Source: Octopus bimaculoides (lineage: Eukaryota). Taken from it: 64,000 nucleotides of DNA. This document shows, piece by piece, positions 39,370 through 50,888 of this stretch. A program made the position numbers and the translations under genes. Where the stretch lies: positions 3,938,016-4,002,015 of the forward strand of contig NC_068986.1 in assembly GCF_001194135.2 (NCBI RefSeq). Direction: 5' to 3'. Within the stretch, counting starts at the first letter, position 1; every line of letters starts with the position of its first letter. Under the pieces are notes generated by a model that worked only from the letters and a program-made list of their open reading frames with translations, was not told the DNA's origin and made no database searches.

Positions 39370-40430
39370 TAAAAGTCATCGCATGGGAGAAAATTACGAA
39401 ACGCTGGTGCGCGCTCGGAAAGCTCTGCCACATGTCGGGCCCATGGTAGTCTGCTGGGTATGAAGGTGAAGTGTTGGCTCTGGACTTGCGCAGTTCGTGT
39501 TTTCTTTGTGTCTATGCAATCCTGGTCTATTCATAGGAGGTGGTACCTTTGTCGGTGCAGTTTCGTTAGGAGGAGTGGTCATGCAATTGTGTTTCTCGCG
39601 CGTCAGGATTGATCTCAAAGCTCTCTAGTCAGGCTTTGAGTGTATCCTTGAAATGTTTTTTCTGTCCACCTTGCCTGCGCTTGTTTTCTGCCAGATCGGT
39701 GTAAAACAGTCTCTTAGGAAGTCGTGTGTCAAGTATTCGATCAAGGTGGCCTTCCTACCTGTCTTATGATCTCCCCAGAAGTGTATAAGTGCTTGGCAGA
39801 TCAGCTCAAGATAGGACTTCCGTATTTGGGATCTTGTCTTGTCAGGTGATTTTTCAAAAGCTTTCAGAGGCATTTCATGTGGAAGTGGTTGAACTTTTTG
39901 TCGGTGCGTTCGTAAACCGCCCAAGTCTCGCAGGTGTACAGAAGTGTAGTACAACTGCTTGGTACATCTTGAACTTAGTGGTCAAACATGCCTTTCCTCT
40001 CCCATAATGGTTCACGGAGCCACTCGTATGCTGAGCTTCCCTTGGCGATGTATGTGTCGACTTTATCGTCAATGCTCACAGATCTGGAGAGTGTGTTACC
40101 TACGGGATTTCCTCTTCGATAGTGTCAGTTGGTACCACATGCAGCTTCTGCAGGGCTGATTGGTACCAACTGACCTCTGATTGGTACCAACTGACCTCTG
40201 ATTGTGAGGCCAAAGTTGTTGCAGGCAGTTGAAAAGCATTTCATTCTCTGTTACATCTGGACCTTTGTAGCAGTATTGAAAACAAAGACTTTGCTAACAG
40301 GAAGTCAGGAAGTCACTCACTGAGTCCTCTTCCACCTTGGTCTTGGCTGTAGCCTCCACTATTTGAGAAGTCTGCCATCAGTTCTGAATCTGATCTTGAT
40401 AACATCCAAATTGCATAAAATCTTACCCTA
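39370..40430 (-). mobile_element. RTE LINE fragment from late RT through the C-terminal finger
   Basis: Reverse strand gives NFGLTI, TKFKMYQAVVL, GRKATLIEYL, TCGRAFRARTSV; internal 21-bp tandem duplication tgattggtaccaactgacctc at about 40156-40203. Confidence 0.85.
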
Positions 40431-41809
40431 CTGTCTTAGTTGAATAACTTGGTCCCTCATAAACAAACAAAAAGATGGAATGATCAAGGCTGGAATGCAT
40501 TCGGTCATAGATCAATACTATCAGGGCTCATCTGGGACTTAGTAATAATTTAAACAACGACAACTACAGCTAATACGTGTCAGCGGGGGAATCTTTAAGT
40601 AGTAGCTTGATCTGTAAGAAATAGTAGCCAACTCTCCCTCATATTATACTGATATCATAAATAAGATGTCAATGTGATTTGAGGGAGATTAAGTTACTGT
40701 TTTAGCAGGAATAGCGACCACATTGATGCACCCTCGTTGGTTTTTCTCTTAATGTTTTATGTGTGCAGGGATTGTGACGCATATGTTATTACCACTTAAA
40801 GCGGTGACTATGATAAGCAACTGCAGCTGAGAATCAAACGTGACCTAAAGATTGCTAACTGATTAGAGCCTTCAAGATGGCAGTATAAAGGGTGGAAGAT
40901 ATTCTCACCCCAACAAAAATCTGGCCTAAATGTTTGCAATAAAATGGTCTCCGCTAAAAGCAACTAAAGGCCAAGTTGTGGTTGTGATGGTGTTAAACCT
41001 GGCAAATGAGAATAAAAACGGGCGTCAGGCTTCATTCAGTGTTCTCTTACCACCCGGCTATAACACAGCGATTCAACACAATACTTTGTTAAAGAAAAAA
41101 TAAATCAAGCAAAATGTTACGAGTTAAAGTTAAACAAAATACGGTAGCAGCCATATCAGAAACGACAACAGTTAAAAGAACAAGAAATATTACAACAACG
41201 ATAGTTATCTGTTGAACATGCTTCTTTAGAGAAAAGAAAACAATACTGCAAATTATAAAATAATAATTAAGAAAATAACAATAATTATCTGATTAGCAAT
41301 TATTAACCGGTAAAAATACTGAAAAAATTAATTAATTTTACTAAATTAATTTTTTCCGAAAATATTTGGCTATTATTCCTAAAGAGAAAAGAGTTTTTCG
41401 CAATTCTTATTTATTTATTTATTTATTTTTGCGGAAACATGTTCATCGGGAAGAACTGTGTCATTATATAACTACTGCAGCTGTTGCTGTTATTGCTGTT
41501 GTCCTTTGACCTTAGGTCAACCTTGATCAAGCAGGACTATGATTGAAGGCGCTCCATCCATAACCATCCCTGCTCTTTTTACATATTTATGAATATATCG
41601 TATAATATGCTTTTCCTGTATGAAACGGTAACTCGTGACTTAAGAAACATCTGACAGCTATTTCTAGCAGACCCAGCGACCATTTAATGAATACTCACAG
41701 TTAATCGATTATTGCAGAGTTGCTAGATTGTATTTTGCTGTGTTTTTTTATATATATATTTAAAGTTTTTTTTTTGTTCATTTCATTACAACTTTCGTCA
41801 GCAAAGCAG

Positions 41810-42500
41810 CGAGTTGGCAGAATTGTTAGCGTGTCGGTCAAAATACTTGGCGGCATTTCTTCCGACTCTTCACGTTCTGAGTTCAAATTACGCCTAGGTT
41901 GACTTTGCCTTCTGTCTTTTTGGGATTGATGAAATAAGTATCCGTTGAGCACCGGGGTCAATGTAATAAACTAACTCCATCTCTTTAAAAAAATTGGTGA
42001 CCATGTGCTAAAATTTGAAGCCATTATTATATTTGTGAAAGCGACGAAATGGTAGAATTGTTAGTGCGTCAAATAAAAAAATGCTTTGCGGTACTTGTTT
42101 CGGCTCTTTACTATTTGCGTTCGAATCCCACTAAGATCAACTTACCCTAACATCCTTTAAGAATCAATAAAATAAGTTCTAGTTGAACTCGTGGGGAGGG
42201 AGTCGATGCACTCGACTAACTACCTCCTAAAAATTGCTAGCCTTGTGTAAAACTAGTCAATCATTATTACTTTGTGCGCAAAGGCGGCGAGCTGTCAGAA
42301 CCATTAGCACACTGGACAAAATGCTTATCGGAATTTCGTCTGTCCTTACTGAGTTTTGAGTTCAAATTTGCGGAGGTCGACTTGGCCTTCCATCCTTTCG
42401 AGGTCGATAAATGAATTACCAGTGGCGTACTGAGGTCGATGTAATCGACTTAACCCCCCCCCCCCAAAAAAAAAATTTCAGGCCTTGTGCCTATAGTAGG
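41810..42500 (+). mobile_element. Head-to-tail array of three family B SINEs
   Basis: Heads at about 41810 (gagttggcagaattgttagc), 42045 (aatggtagaattgttag) and 42285 (gagctgtcagaaccattagc), each followed by the gtcgac...gataaa..agtacc core. Confidence 0.85.
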
Positions 42501-43361
42501 TTATTACTTTCTGTGTAGAGTAATTATTATTGTACCAACAATGACATCCCTTATATCATCGACAAATCTCTGTAAATTTCTCTTGCATGCAGTTTTTACT
42601 TATAATTATACTATCTATACTTCATTGTTTGGCGATTAATGAAAAGTATTAGCTATGATAATATCAGACAGAAAGCGTTTCCTCGAAAAATCTTTATGGA
42701 CTGAGATACTTTTCTATGTTGCATTACTATGGCACTTTAAAGTTGAATTTCGTATTAATATATTTGATATATTTTGTTTACTATTTCTCTCCCCCTCCTC
42801 TTCTCTCCCTGAATATTGCCTGTTGCTTCATAGGTTCGCGCTTGTTGACACTCTTGAAAATAGATAATGTTTACGATCTCTTCAGCAGATATTTATTTTA
42901 AAATTTGTTGGAGCAATTTTGTAACACATGTAGTCGTGTTTATCACGGATTCATTTATTCCTGATTCAGGATGACACGATACGCTCAAATGTTAACCTTG
43001 TTATACTTATCACAGCTTGATCTATGATAACACAGGGCAGCGACCAGACAAAGATTCTGCTTGTAGTGCAAAAGCGCGCCCCAGCGACCACCCACAATGC
43101 TCACTTACCAACAATACACTGAATAACGCTTTGTGTTTAAATAACCATTCAGCGAGGGTGTGTGTTCTTTGTACAAATTTATACACCCGCACTCATCAAC
43201 ATAGGACGAAAAACAAAAAAACGAAGGTGCATGATCTCAACAGACGAAGGTAGAGATGATCAAGAAAATACGTGACGGCGGTAGATTCGCTGCGGTAAAA
43301 AAAAAATCAAACCCTCTTGATAAACGTGGATATACATAACTTTTAGTTTACTAGTTTAAAT

Positions 43362-43428
43362 ATGTGGTTATTATGGTTAGAGATAAAATTCCTGTTTCTT
43401 CTGGTGCACTTCATTTTCCATATTCTAG
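43362..43428 (+). CDS. Candidate first coding exon encoding a signal-peptide-like sequence MWLLWLEIKFLFLLVHFIFHIL(G/D)
   Basis: Acceptor ttttagtttactAG at 43353-43354, ATG 43362, 22 codons plus 1 nt, then consensus donor AG|GTGAGT (phase 1). No homology recognised. Confidence 0.35.
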
Positions 43429-45269
43429 GTGAGTATATACTTACTGAAATATTTTACCTTAAGTAGCAATGATGATCGTTTTCTTAGAGGATAGTCACGT
43501 TTTAAATAAGTTGTTTCAATATTCTATATCTAAGATTTGATCCTATGTTGCTAAAACCAGAACTTTTGTTTCTGCTTTTAATCAAGATCTTCCACCAGGG
43601 TTTTCTTTCTCTCTAGCTGTTTATTGGCTTTGGAACGCATTTTTTCTATCTCCATCAGTATCTTTAGTACAGATCGAAAATAGTTTAATTTTTGTGCTTC
43701 TTTTTCAAACCTTTTCTGTTGCATTGATCTTATTTATTTGTGTTTTTTCAAGTAGTTAGCTTCCAGTTTGTATTTTATTGTTTCTTTACATTCTTGTATT
43801 ATTGTCTAATTTCTGTGGCCATACTGGAGAACCGCATTCAAAGGTTTGCTCAATCACATTGAACCTAATGCTAATGCTTCAGTCAAGGACGTAATTTATC
43901 ATTCTCGGTGTATGCAACCTAACATTAAGGTACTCAGTATCTACAACGGTTTTGGGGCCGGGATAAATTTAATACAGACACACAAACACACGTACACACA
44001 CGCACATGAACATACATGCGCGTATATGCACGCATATATTCGCGTGTGTGTAATATATTCATTCAGACTGAACCAAACAGTCTGAAATTAACACTTTCAA
44101 CAGACCTAATACGCATCGAAACCTTCACTCAACCATTTTGATGAGAAAAGCAATAACAAGCAACACATTGGACAGAACGTAATTTTCCAATTTGTCTAGG
44201 CAAACTGCGCATTCGCAATCATGTCAACATAGAACGATGGATATCACTCTTATGGGAGTTAAAAACTGAAAATAGTTCAAATGGGAGACAACCAGAGAGA
44301 GGTTATTTATTCCACTGTTGGATTGGCAGCACATGTATCCTATATATAAAGAAGAAGTTTTCTTCGTGTTCTCTTCTTGCACAAATTAGTTTTCATTTCC
44401 TTGTATTATTCTGGGACCACTGTTAGAAAATGATGATTGATTGTAGAAAACTATTATTGTCTATTAATGACCTGTCTTCTCTGTATGCAGGGTAGGTGTA
44501 TCTAATTTATACCAATGCTTGGAATGTGACTTAGGAACTTTGTTAATAGTTGTTTTCCTTTGAACTTTTCGATTAACACAACTTCTTATGCATTATGTTT
44601 GTAGTTTACAATTGGGACAGCAAGCATATTAATGCCTATTGTTTTATTTCTAGTACTGAGTTCGGTTTCCCTAGTATTCTATTATAGCCATAACGAATCT
44701 TACTTCATGTCTGAAAACAGAGAAATGTTACCCTCCTTTTACCTCTTCCGCGATGTATTTCTTGGGGAAGGGGGCACGGAATCTGTGATATACCTCTTCT
44801 ATTTCTCTTCTTTTCTAGGAACCGACCTAACTCGTGTACCGCCTTCATATTATCTAAACAAACGAAAACTACTGCCACTATTACTAATCGTTATTTTATC
44901 ATTTGCTAAAGCGGAACCGTTTGTTGTATATGTTTGTTCCAAAGTTTCCATCTTCTATTTGTTTACGCACCATTTCCTTCAGACTTTATGTTACTGCTTA
45001 CAAATTTTTAGAAAATTTCTTGGAGACGTATCTGCTATTACCACGCTTGGAGCCAGTACTTAAATACAACTAAAAAAAAAGAATTTAACACGAATAACTG
45101 TTGAATAGCATTTAAAGTAACATAAATACCTAAAATACCTAAAAGACACATTTTCTCTACCCCACGTAATGGTGTAGATGCCCCTTATGTTTACAAAACA
45201 AAATGACCCACCTCCCGTTCTCCCTAAAACTTTTCTTCATCAAATAAATCCTGGTAGAATCTAACTTTT

Positions 45270-46075
45270 TGTGGTGCCATCTCGAAGGTGCCTATAAGCT
45301 TCAACACACAACAGCAATATTAATAATGATTTCGAAGTTTGGAACAAGGCCTCCAGCAATATTAATAATAATAATAATTCTTTCTACAATAAGCACAAGG
45401 TCTGAAATTTTGTGGAGAGAAAGGACGCAAGGCAAAGTCAACCTTAGCATCATATGATCTCAGAACTTAAATGCCACTAGGCATTTTTCCATGCGCTAAC
45501 GGTTCTGCCAGCTCGCCGCCTTAATGTTAATAATAAGCCTTTCTACTTTAGGTACAGGGTCTGAAAATAGGAAGGAGGGGCCAGTCGAATACATCAACCA
45601 CAGTGCTTATTTTATCGACTCCTAAAGGATGGAAGGCCGAGTCGACCTCGGTGGAATGAGAACTCAGAACGTAAAGACGGACAAAATTTCGTAAAGCATT
45701 TTGTTTTTACATTATTGATTTTGCCGTCATGCCGCTTAAACAACAACGTCTAGAATAATAATCCTTTCTACTATAGGCACAAGGCCTAAAATTTGGGGGG
45801 AAGTGCGTAACTGGTACTTATTTAATCAACCCCGGAAGGATGAAAGGCAAAGTTGACCTCTGCGGAATTTAACTCAGAACGTAGCGGAAGACGAAATACC
45901 GCTTAGCATTTCTCCCGGCGTGCTAACGATTCTGCCGGCTCCCCGCCTTTAAGAATCTCTTCTTCTAAAGGCTCACGGCCTAAAATTTCGGGTCAGGGAG
46001 CAAGTTGATTACATCGAACCCAGTGCGTAACTGGTACTTTTTAATCGACCCCGAAAGTATGAAAGGCAAAATCGA
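45270..46075 (-). mobile_element. Array of at least four family B SINEs running into gap 46076-46565
   Basis: Repeated ggcacaaggcc..aaattt..gggg / gaaaggcaaagt.gacctc / gctaacg.ttctgcc.gct units starting at about 45380, 45540, 45770 and 45970. Confidence 0.85.
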
Positions 46076-46739
46076 NNNNNNNNNNNNNNNNNNNNNNNNN
46101 NNNNNNNNNNNNNNNNNNNNNNNNNNNNNNNNNNNNNNNNNNNNNNNNNNNNNNNNNNNNNNNNNNNNNNNNNNNNNNNNNNNNNNNNNNNNNNNNNNNN
46201 NNNNNNNNNNNNNNNNNNNNNNNNNNNNNNNNNNNNNNNNNNNNNNNNNNNNNNNNNNNNNNNNNNNNNNNNNNNNNNNNNNNNNNNNNNNNNNNNNNNN
46301 NNNNNNNNNNNNNNNNNNNNNNNNNNNNNNNNNNNNNNNNNNNNNNNNNNNNNNNNNNNNNNNNNNNNNNNNNNNNNNNNNNNNNNNNNNNNNNNNNNNN
46401 NNNNNNNNNNNNNNNNNNNNNNNNNNNNNNNNNNNNNNNNNNNNNNNNNNNNNNNNNNNNNNNNNNNNNNNNNNNNNNNNNNNNNNNNNNNNNNNNNNNN
46501 NNNNNNNNNNNNNNNNNNNNNNNNNNNNNNNNNNNNNNNNNNNNNNNNNNNNNNNNNNNNNNNNNGGTGATAATACGTATTAAGATTTTCGTTAAAAGCC
46601 GCCTAACAATATTTACTTATGGTTCTATATTTTCTGAGGTCGAATCCCGGCAAGGTAGTTTCGTAATAGTAATATTTAATAGATTATTCTCCTCACGTAT
46701 AAATTTTCATATGGTAAAATAGATACTTATTACTACCGT

Positions 46740-47030
46740 TATTTGATGTTACAGTTATTCGTGATGATGATTATTGTGCTGACGATTATAAGGCTGTTCA
46801 TAATTATAATGGTGGTGACGATGATGATGATGATGATGACGACGATGATGATGATCATGGCAACGAAGATATTGATGGAAACGGCGACGACGATGATGAT
46901 TATGATGATGATTGTGGTGGTGGTAGTGGTGGTCATGATGGCTCTAACAGCGAAAGCGACGACGACGACGACGATGGTGTTGGTGATGGTGAATATTTTG
47001 ATTATGATGACCATGGTAGTAGTGGTTGTG
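46740..47030. repeat. Compound (ATG)/(ACG)/(GGT) trinucleotide repeat
   Basis: Directly visible. Confidence 0.9.
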
Positions 47031-47160
47031 AAAGAAATTTGTTTCAGCAGGAAAAAAAAAAGAGTATTTAAAATGTTATTTGTGCACCTGCGTTCAGTGA
47101 ATTAATAAAACTGATCATTTGGAAACGATTTCAGAAATAAATTTATGAAGGTAGAATATA

Positions 47161-47197
<37 letters not shown>

Positions 47198-47946
47198 NNN
47201 NNNNNNNNNNNNNNNNNNNNNNNNNNNNNNNNNNNNNNNNNNNNNNNNNNNNNNNNNNNNNNNNNNNNNNNNNNNNNNNNNNNNNNNNNNNNNNNNNNNN
47301 NNNNNNNNNNNNNNNNNNNNNNNNNNNNNNNNNNNNNNNNNNNNNNNNNNNNNNNNNNNNNNNNNNNNNNNNNNNNNNNNNNNNNNNNNNNNNNNNNNNN
47401 NNNNNNNNNNNNNNNNNNNNNNNNNNNNNNNNNNNNNNNNNNNNNNNNNNNNNNNNNNNNNNNNNNNNNNNNNNNNNNNNNNNNNNNNNNNNNNNNNNNN
47501 NNNNNNNNNNNNNNNNNNNNNNNNNNNNNNNNNNNNNNNNNNNNNNNNNNNNNNNNNNNNNNNNNNNNNNNNNNNNNNNNNNNNNNNNNNNNNNNNNNNN
47601 NNNNNNNNNNNNNNNNNNNNNNNNNNNNNNNNNNNNNNNNNNNNNNNNNNNNNNNNNNNNNNNNNNNNNNNNNNNNNNNNNNNNNNNNNNNNNNNNNNNN
47701 NNNNNNNNNNNNNNNNNNNNNNNNNNNNNNNNNNNNNNNNNNNNNNNNNNNNNNNNNNNNNNNNNNNNNNNNNNNNNNNNNNNNNNNNNNNNNNNNNNNN
47801 NNNNNNNNNNNNNNNNNNNNNNNNNNNNNNNNNNNNNNNNNNNNNNNNNNNNNNNNNNNNNNNNNNNNNNNNNNNNNNNNNNNNNNNNNNNNNNNNNNNN
47901 NNNNNNNNNNNNNNNNNNNNNNNNNNNNNNNNNNNNNNNNNNNNNN

Positions 47947-47993
<47 letters not shown>

Positions 47994-47996
<3 letters not shown>

Positions 47997-48282
47997 GTGA
48001 AGTGAATAAACTGTTGTTTAAATTACGCTAAAATGAAAATAGCCTTGGTATCTCATTTTTACAGATCACTCCAGACACCATGATGTTGACTGGATGTTTG
48101 ATTTTTATCGCTCTCCGTACATGTCCTCAGATTACACCGTACTCAGATTGACACACAAACACTCTAAACTGTTTGTACAGGAGCTTCCGGCGCGAATGCC
48201 AAGCAGTACAGCTTGTCGTTTCCAAATTTCTGGCAGAGTGAATCGCATCATGGTGCTGTTTTTTTCTCACACACGGTGTCCA
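47994..48282 (-). mobile_element. Heavily deleted Tc1/mariner remnant
   Basis: Reverse strand encodes EIWKRQAVLLGIRAG... and IKIKHPVNIMVSGVI (KHP..VMV.GVI motif preceding the DDD core); weak TIR-like ends tacagagtgaagtgaataaa / ttttttctcacacacggtgt. Confidence 0.6.
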
Positions 48283-48374
48283 ACTGGCCCTACTAAGGTA
48301 TGTAGTTGACAAAATCAAAAATAATGTACATGCGCAATATTAAAAATATAAAATGGGGATAATGTACCCAACGC

Positions 48375-48440
<66 letters not shown>

Positions 48441-48446
48441 GAAGAC

Positions 48447-49110
48447 GGTGAGCTGATAGAATCGTTAGCCAGCCGGACAAAATGTTTAGCGGGATTTCTT
48501 TCGGATATGTTCAAATTCTAGTTTAAATTCCACTGAGGTCGACTTTGCCAATAGTAGAATGGATGTGCATGTGCATGTGCGTTTGCGATGTGTGTGTGTG
48601 TGTGTGTGTGTGTGATTGTGTGTGTATACGTGTATGAGAGAGACAAAGAATCTCTGTATTAATACAGGTGTAAAGGCGATGAGCTAGCAGAATCGTCTGG
48701 GTGCCGGGCAAAATGCTTAGCAGGATTTCGTCCGTCTTCATGTTCGGAATTCAAATTCCGCTGAGGTCGACATTGCTTTTCCTCCTTTCGAAGTCGATAA
48801 AATAAGTACCAGTTGAGCACTGGGGTCGACGTAATCGATTGACTCCCTTCCTCGAAATTTCTGGCCTTGTACCAAAATTTGAAATCGATATTAAGACAGG
48901 TGTAAGATGGCGGACTGGCAGAATAGTTAGTATGGCGGGAAAAATGCTTCGCAGAATTTTGTCCGGCTTTACGCTCTGAGTTCAAATTCGACTTTGCCTT
49001 TCAACCTTTCGGATTCGAAAAAGTGCTAGTTGAGTACTGGGATCGATGTAATCAACTTAATCCTCCCCCGAAGTTATTGGCTTTGTGTCAAAATTCGAAA
49101 CCACTGTTAA
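48447..49110 (+). mobile_element. Array of three family B SINEs (first truncated)
   Basis: Heads at about 48447 (ggtgagctgatagaatcgttagc), 48678 (gatgagctagcagaatcg) and 48908 (ggcggactggcagaatagttag). Confidence 0.87.
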
Positions 49111-49933
49111 GACAGGTGAGTAGACATGTAAATATGTAACTAGTCGTAATTGTATTGTGCTTCATCTTAAAATAAATCAATAATTGCATATGAACATGTT
49201 AATTACTGAGAAACATTCACATACGCATGCGCACATATTTGTGTAAGAGCGTAATGTTTTAATTAAATGCTCATCATCTCTCTCGTGATCCCCCTTTCCT
49301 TTCTCTTCACTTAAAAAATTTAGAAATAATCTTCCAGTCTGCACAAATTTAGCAGTTTAATTTAATAATTTTCTCTACACAAATATGAATCCAATGTATA
49401 GCTATGTATGTATTTGTAGTCATGTCTATGTATATACATGGATATGCATCTTTATATATGTATGAGTATACATTCATTCATACATACATACATACATATA
49501 GGCCATGTAGATCAATGGACGATCTACTACTAACGATAAAACGTATATTGCTTTTATCCTACAGATAGATAGATAGATAGATAGATAGATAGGTGCATAG
49601 GTGCAGAAATAGAGAAGGTAAATAGCTACTGCGTATGTTTCTAAGCTAATCTGGACATGTTATAGGTAACTTAAAATTGTAACATATATATATATATATA
49701 TATATATANNNNNNNNNNNNNNNNNNNNNNNNNNNNNNNNNNNNNNNNNNNNNNNNNNNNNNNNNNNNNNNNNNNNNNNNNNNNNNNNNNNNNNNNNNNN
49801 NNNNNNNNNNNNNNNNNNNNNNNNNNNNNNNNNNNNNNNNTATATATATATATATATATATATATATGTAAATTGACAGAATGAGATAAAAAACCAAGGC
49901 AGTAATTAGATTTCATAATATTTATCAAAAAAG

Positions 49934-49982
49934 GTCTTACAGTTGTTTCCGGGATATTTATATATAACCCTTCATCAGAGAC
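49934..49982 (-). ncRNA. Minimal type-I hammerhead motif in a solo PLE-type 3' end (about 49868-50045)
   Basis: Reverse strand: gtct-CUGAUGA-a-ggg(u)uau..aua(u)ccc-g-GAAAC-aacu-GUA-agac. Stem I gtct/agac; stem III ACAACUGU is one change from the palindrome ACAGCUGU. Confidence 0.72.
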
Positions 49983-50074
49983 GGTGCGAGAAAATGTTTG
50001 AGTATCAAATATTGTAAAGAAGATATGAAATACAGAGGGAAGTAAGAGAATGAGTACTTGTAGGGAAGGCGCAG

Positions 50075-50888
50075 ACATGCGCCATCCGAGGCAGGTCAAT
50101 CCAGGACAATCTTCATCTCTTACGCTATACCTTAGACAAGGTGGGTAAAGTATCCGGTAAAGGTGGGGTATTGGTCCATTTAGACCAAACCAATGCTTTC
50201 GACAGTGTAAACCACCAGTACCTGGCGGCAGTCCTTGGGGAAGCTGGGCAGTGGTTGGATCAAGGCCATTTATGGCGGCATCAAATCCACAGTTGAAATA
50301 AACTGTTACCTGCAGGAGCCGTTTGAGATCAAGCGCTCGGTTCGTCAAGGGTGCCCCCTGACTCCGCTTCTGTATGTACTGACTCTTGAGCCATTACTGC
50401 GGTGGTTGGTGAGATTGGAGGGCTTACCCAAAGAAATCAGAAGTGCTAAGTCTGTTTCTGCATATGTGGATGATGTCACCATCACCGTGTCCAATGTAGC
50501 TTAACTACCTTGTGTAGAGGACGCAATCAAAGGATACGAGACGGTGGCAGGGGCAAAAGTTAACAAGGCCCAGTCTATCGGTTTGCGACTCGGCACCTGG
50601 AGCGGCAAGCCGATAACGTCCAGTGTCGTAGGGCACTGGACGGATGGTCCTGTTAAGTTGCTTGGAGTTTGATTTGAACCAGACTCCCAGACGGAGAAGA
50701 ATTAGAATGAGATGGCAGGCAGAATGGAGGCCCTAGTCTGGACCTGGTCTGGAAGGGCGCTGTCCCTGAAAAGGAGAGCGGAGGTGGTGCAGGTGTTTAT
50801 TGCGTCTGTTATCACCTACCGTCTGACCGTTGTCCCTTGCCGTGCTTCGTGACTATGCAAGTTGGTGCGACTTCTCTTCCGCTTTTTG
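50075..50888 (+). mobile_element. L1/Tx1-clade LINE reverse transcriptase fragment
   Basis: LDQTNAFDSVNHQYL; RSVRQGCPLTPLLYVLTLEPLL; SAYVDDVT; GAKVNKAQS; LSLKRRAEVV. Stops and frameshifts present. Confidence 0.9.

Noticed and set aside
45270-46075. CRISPR-like appearance of regularly spaced repeats
   Set aside because: The units are roughly 200-bp diverged eukaryotic SINE copies with no unique spacers and no cas genes.
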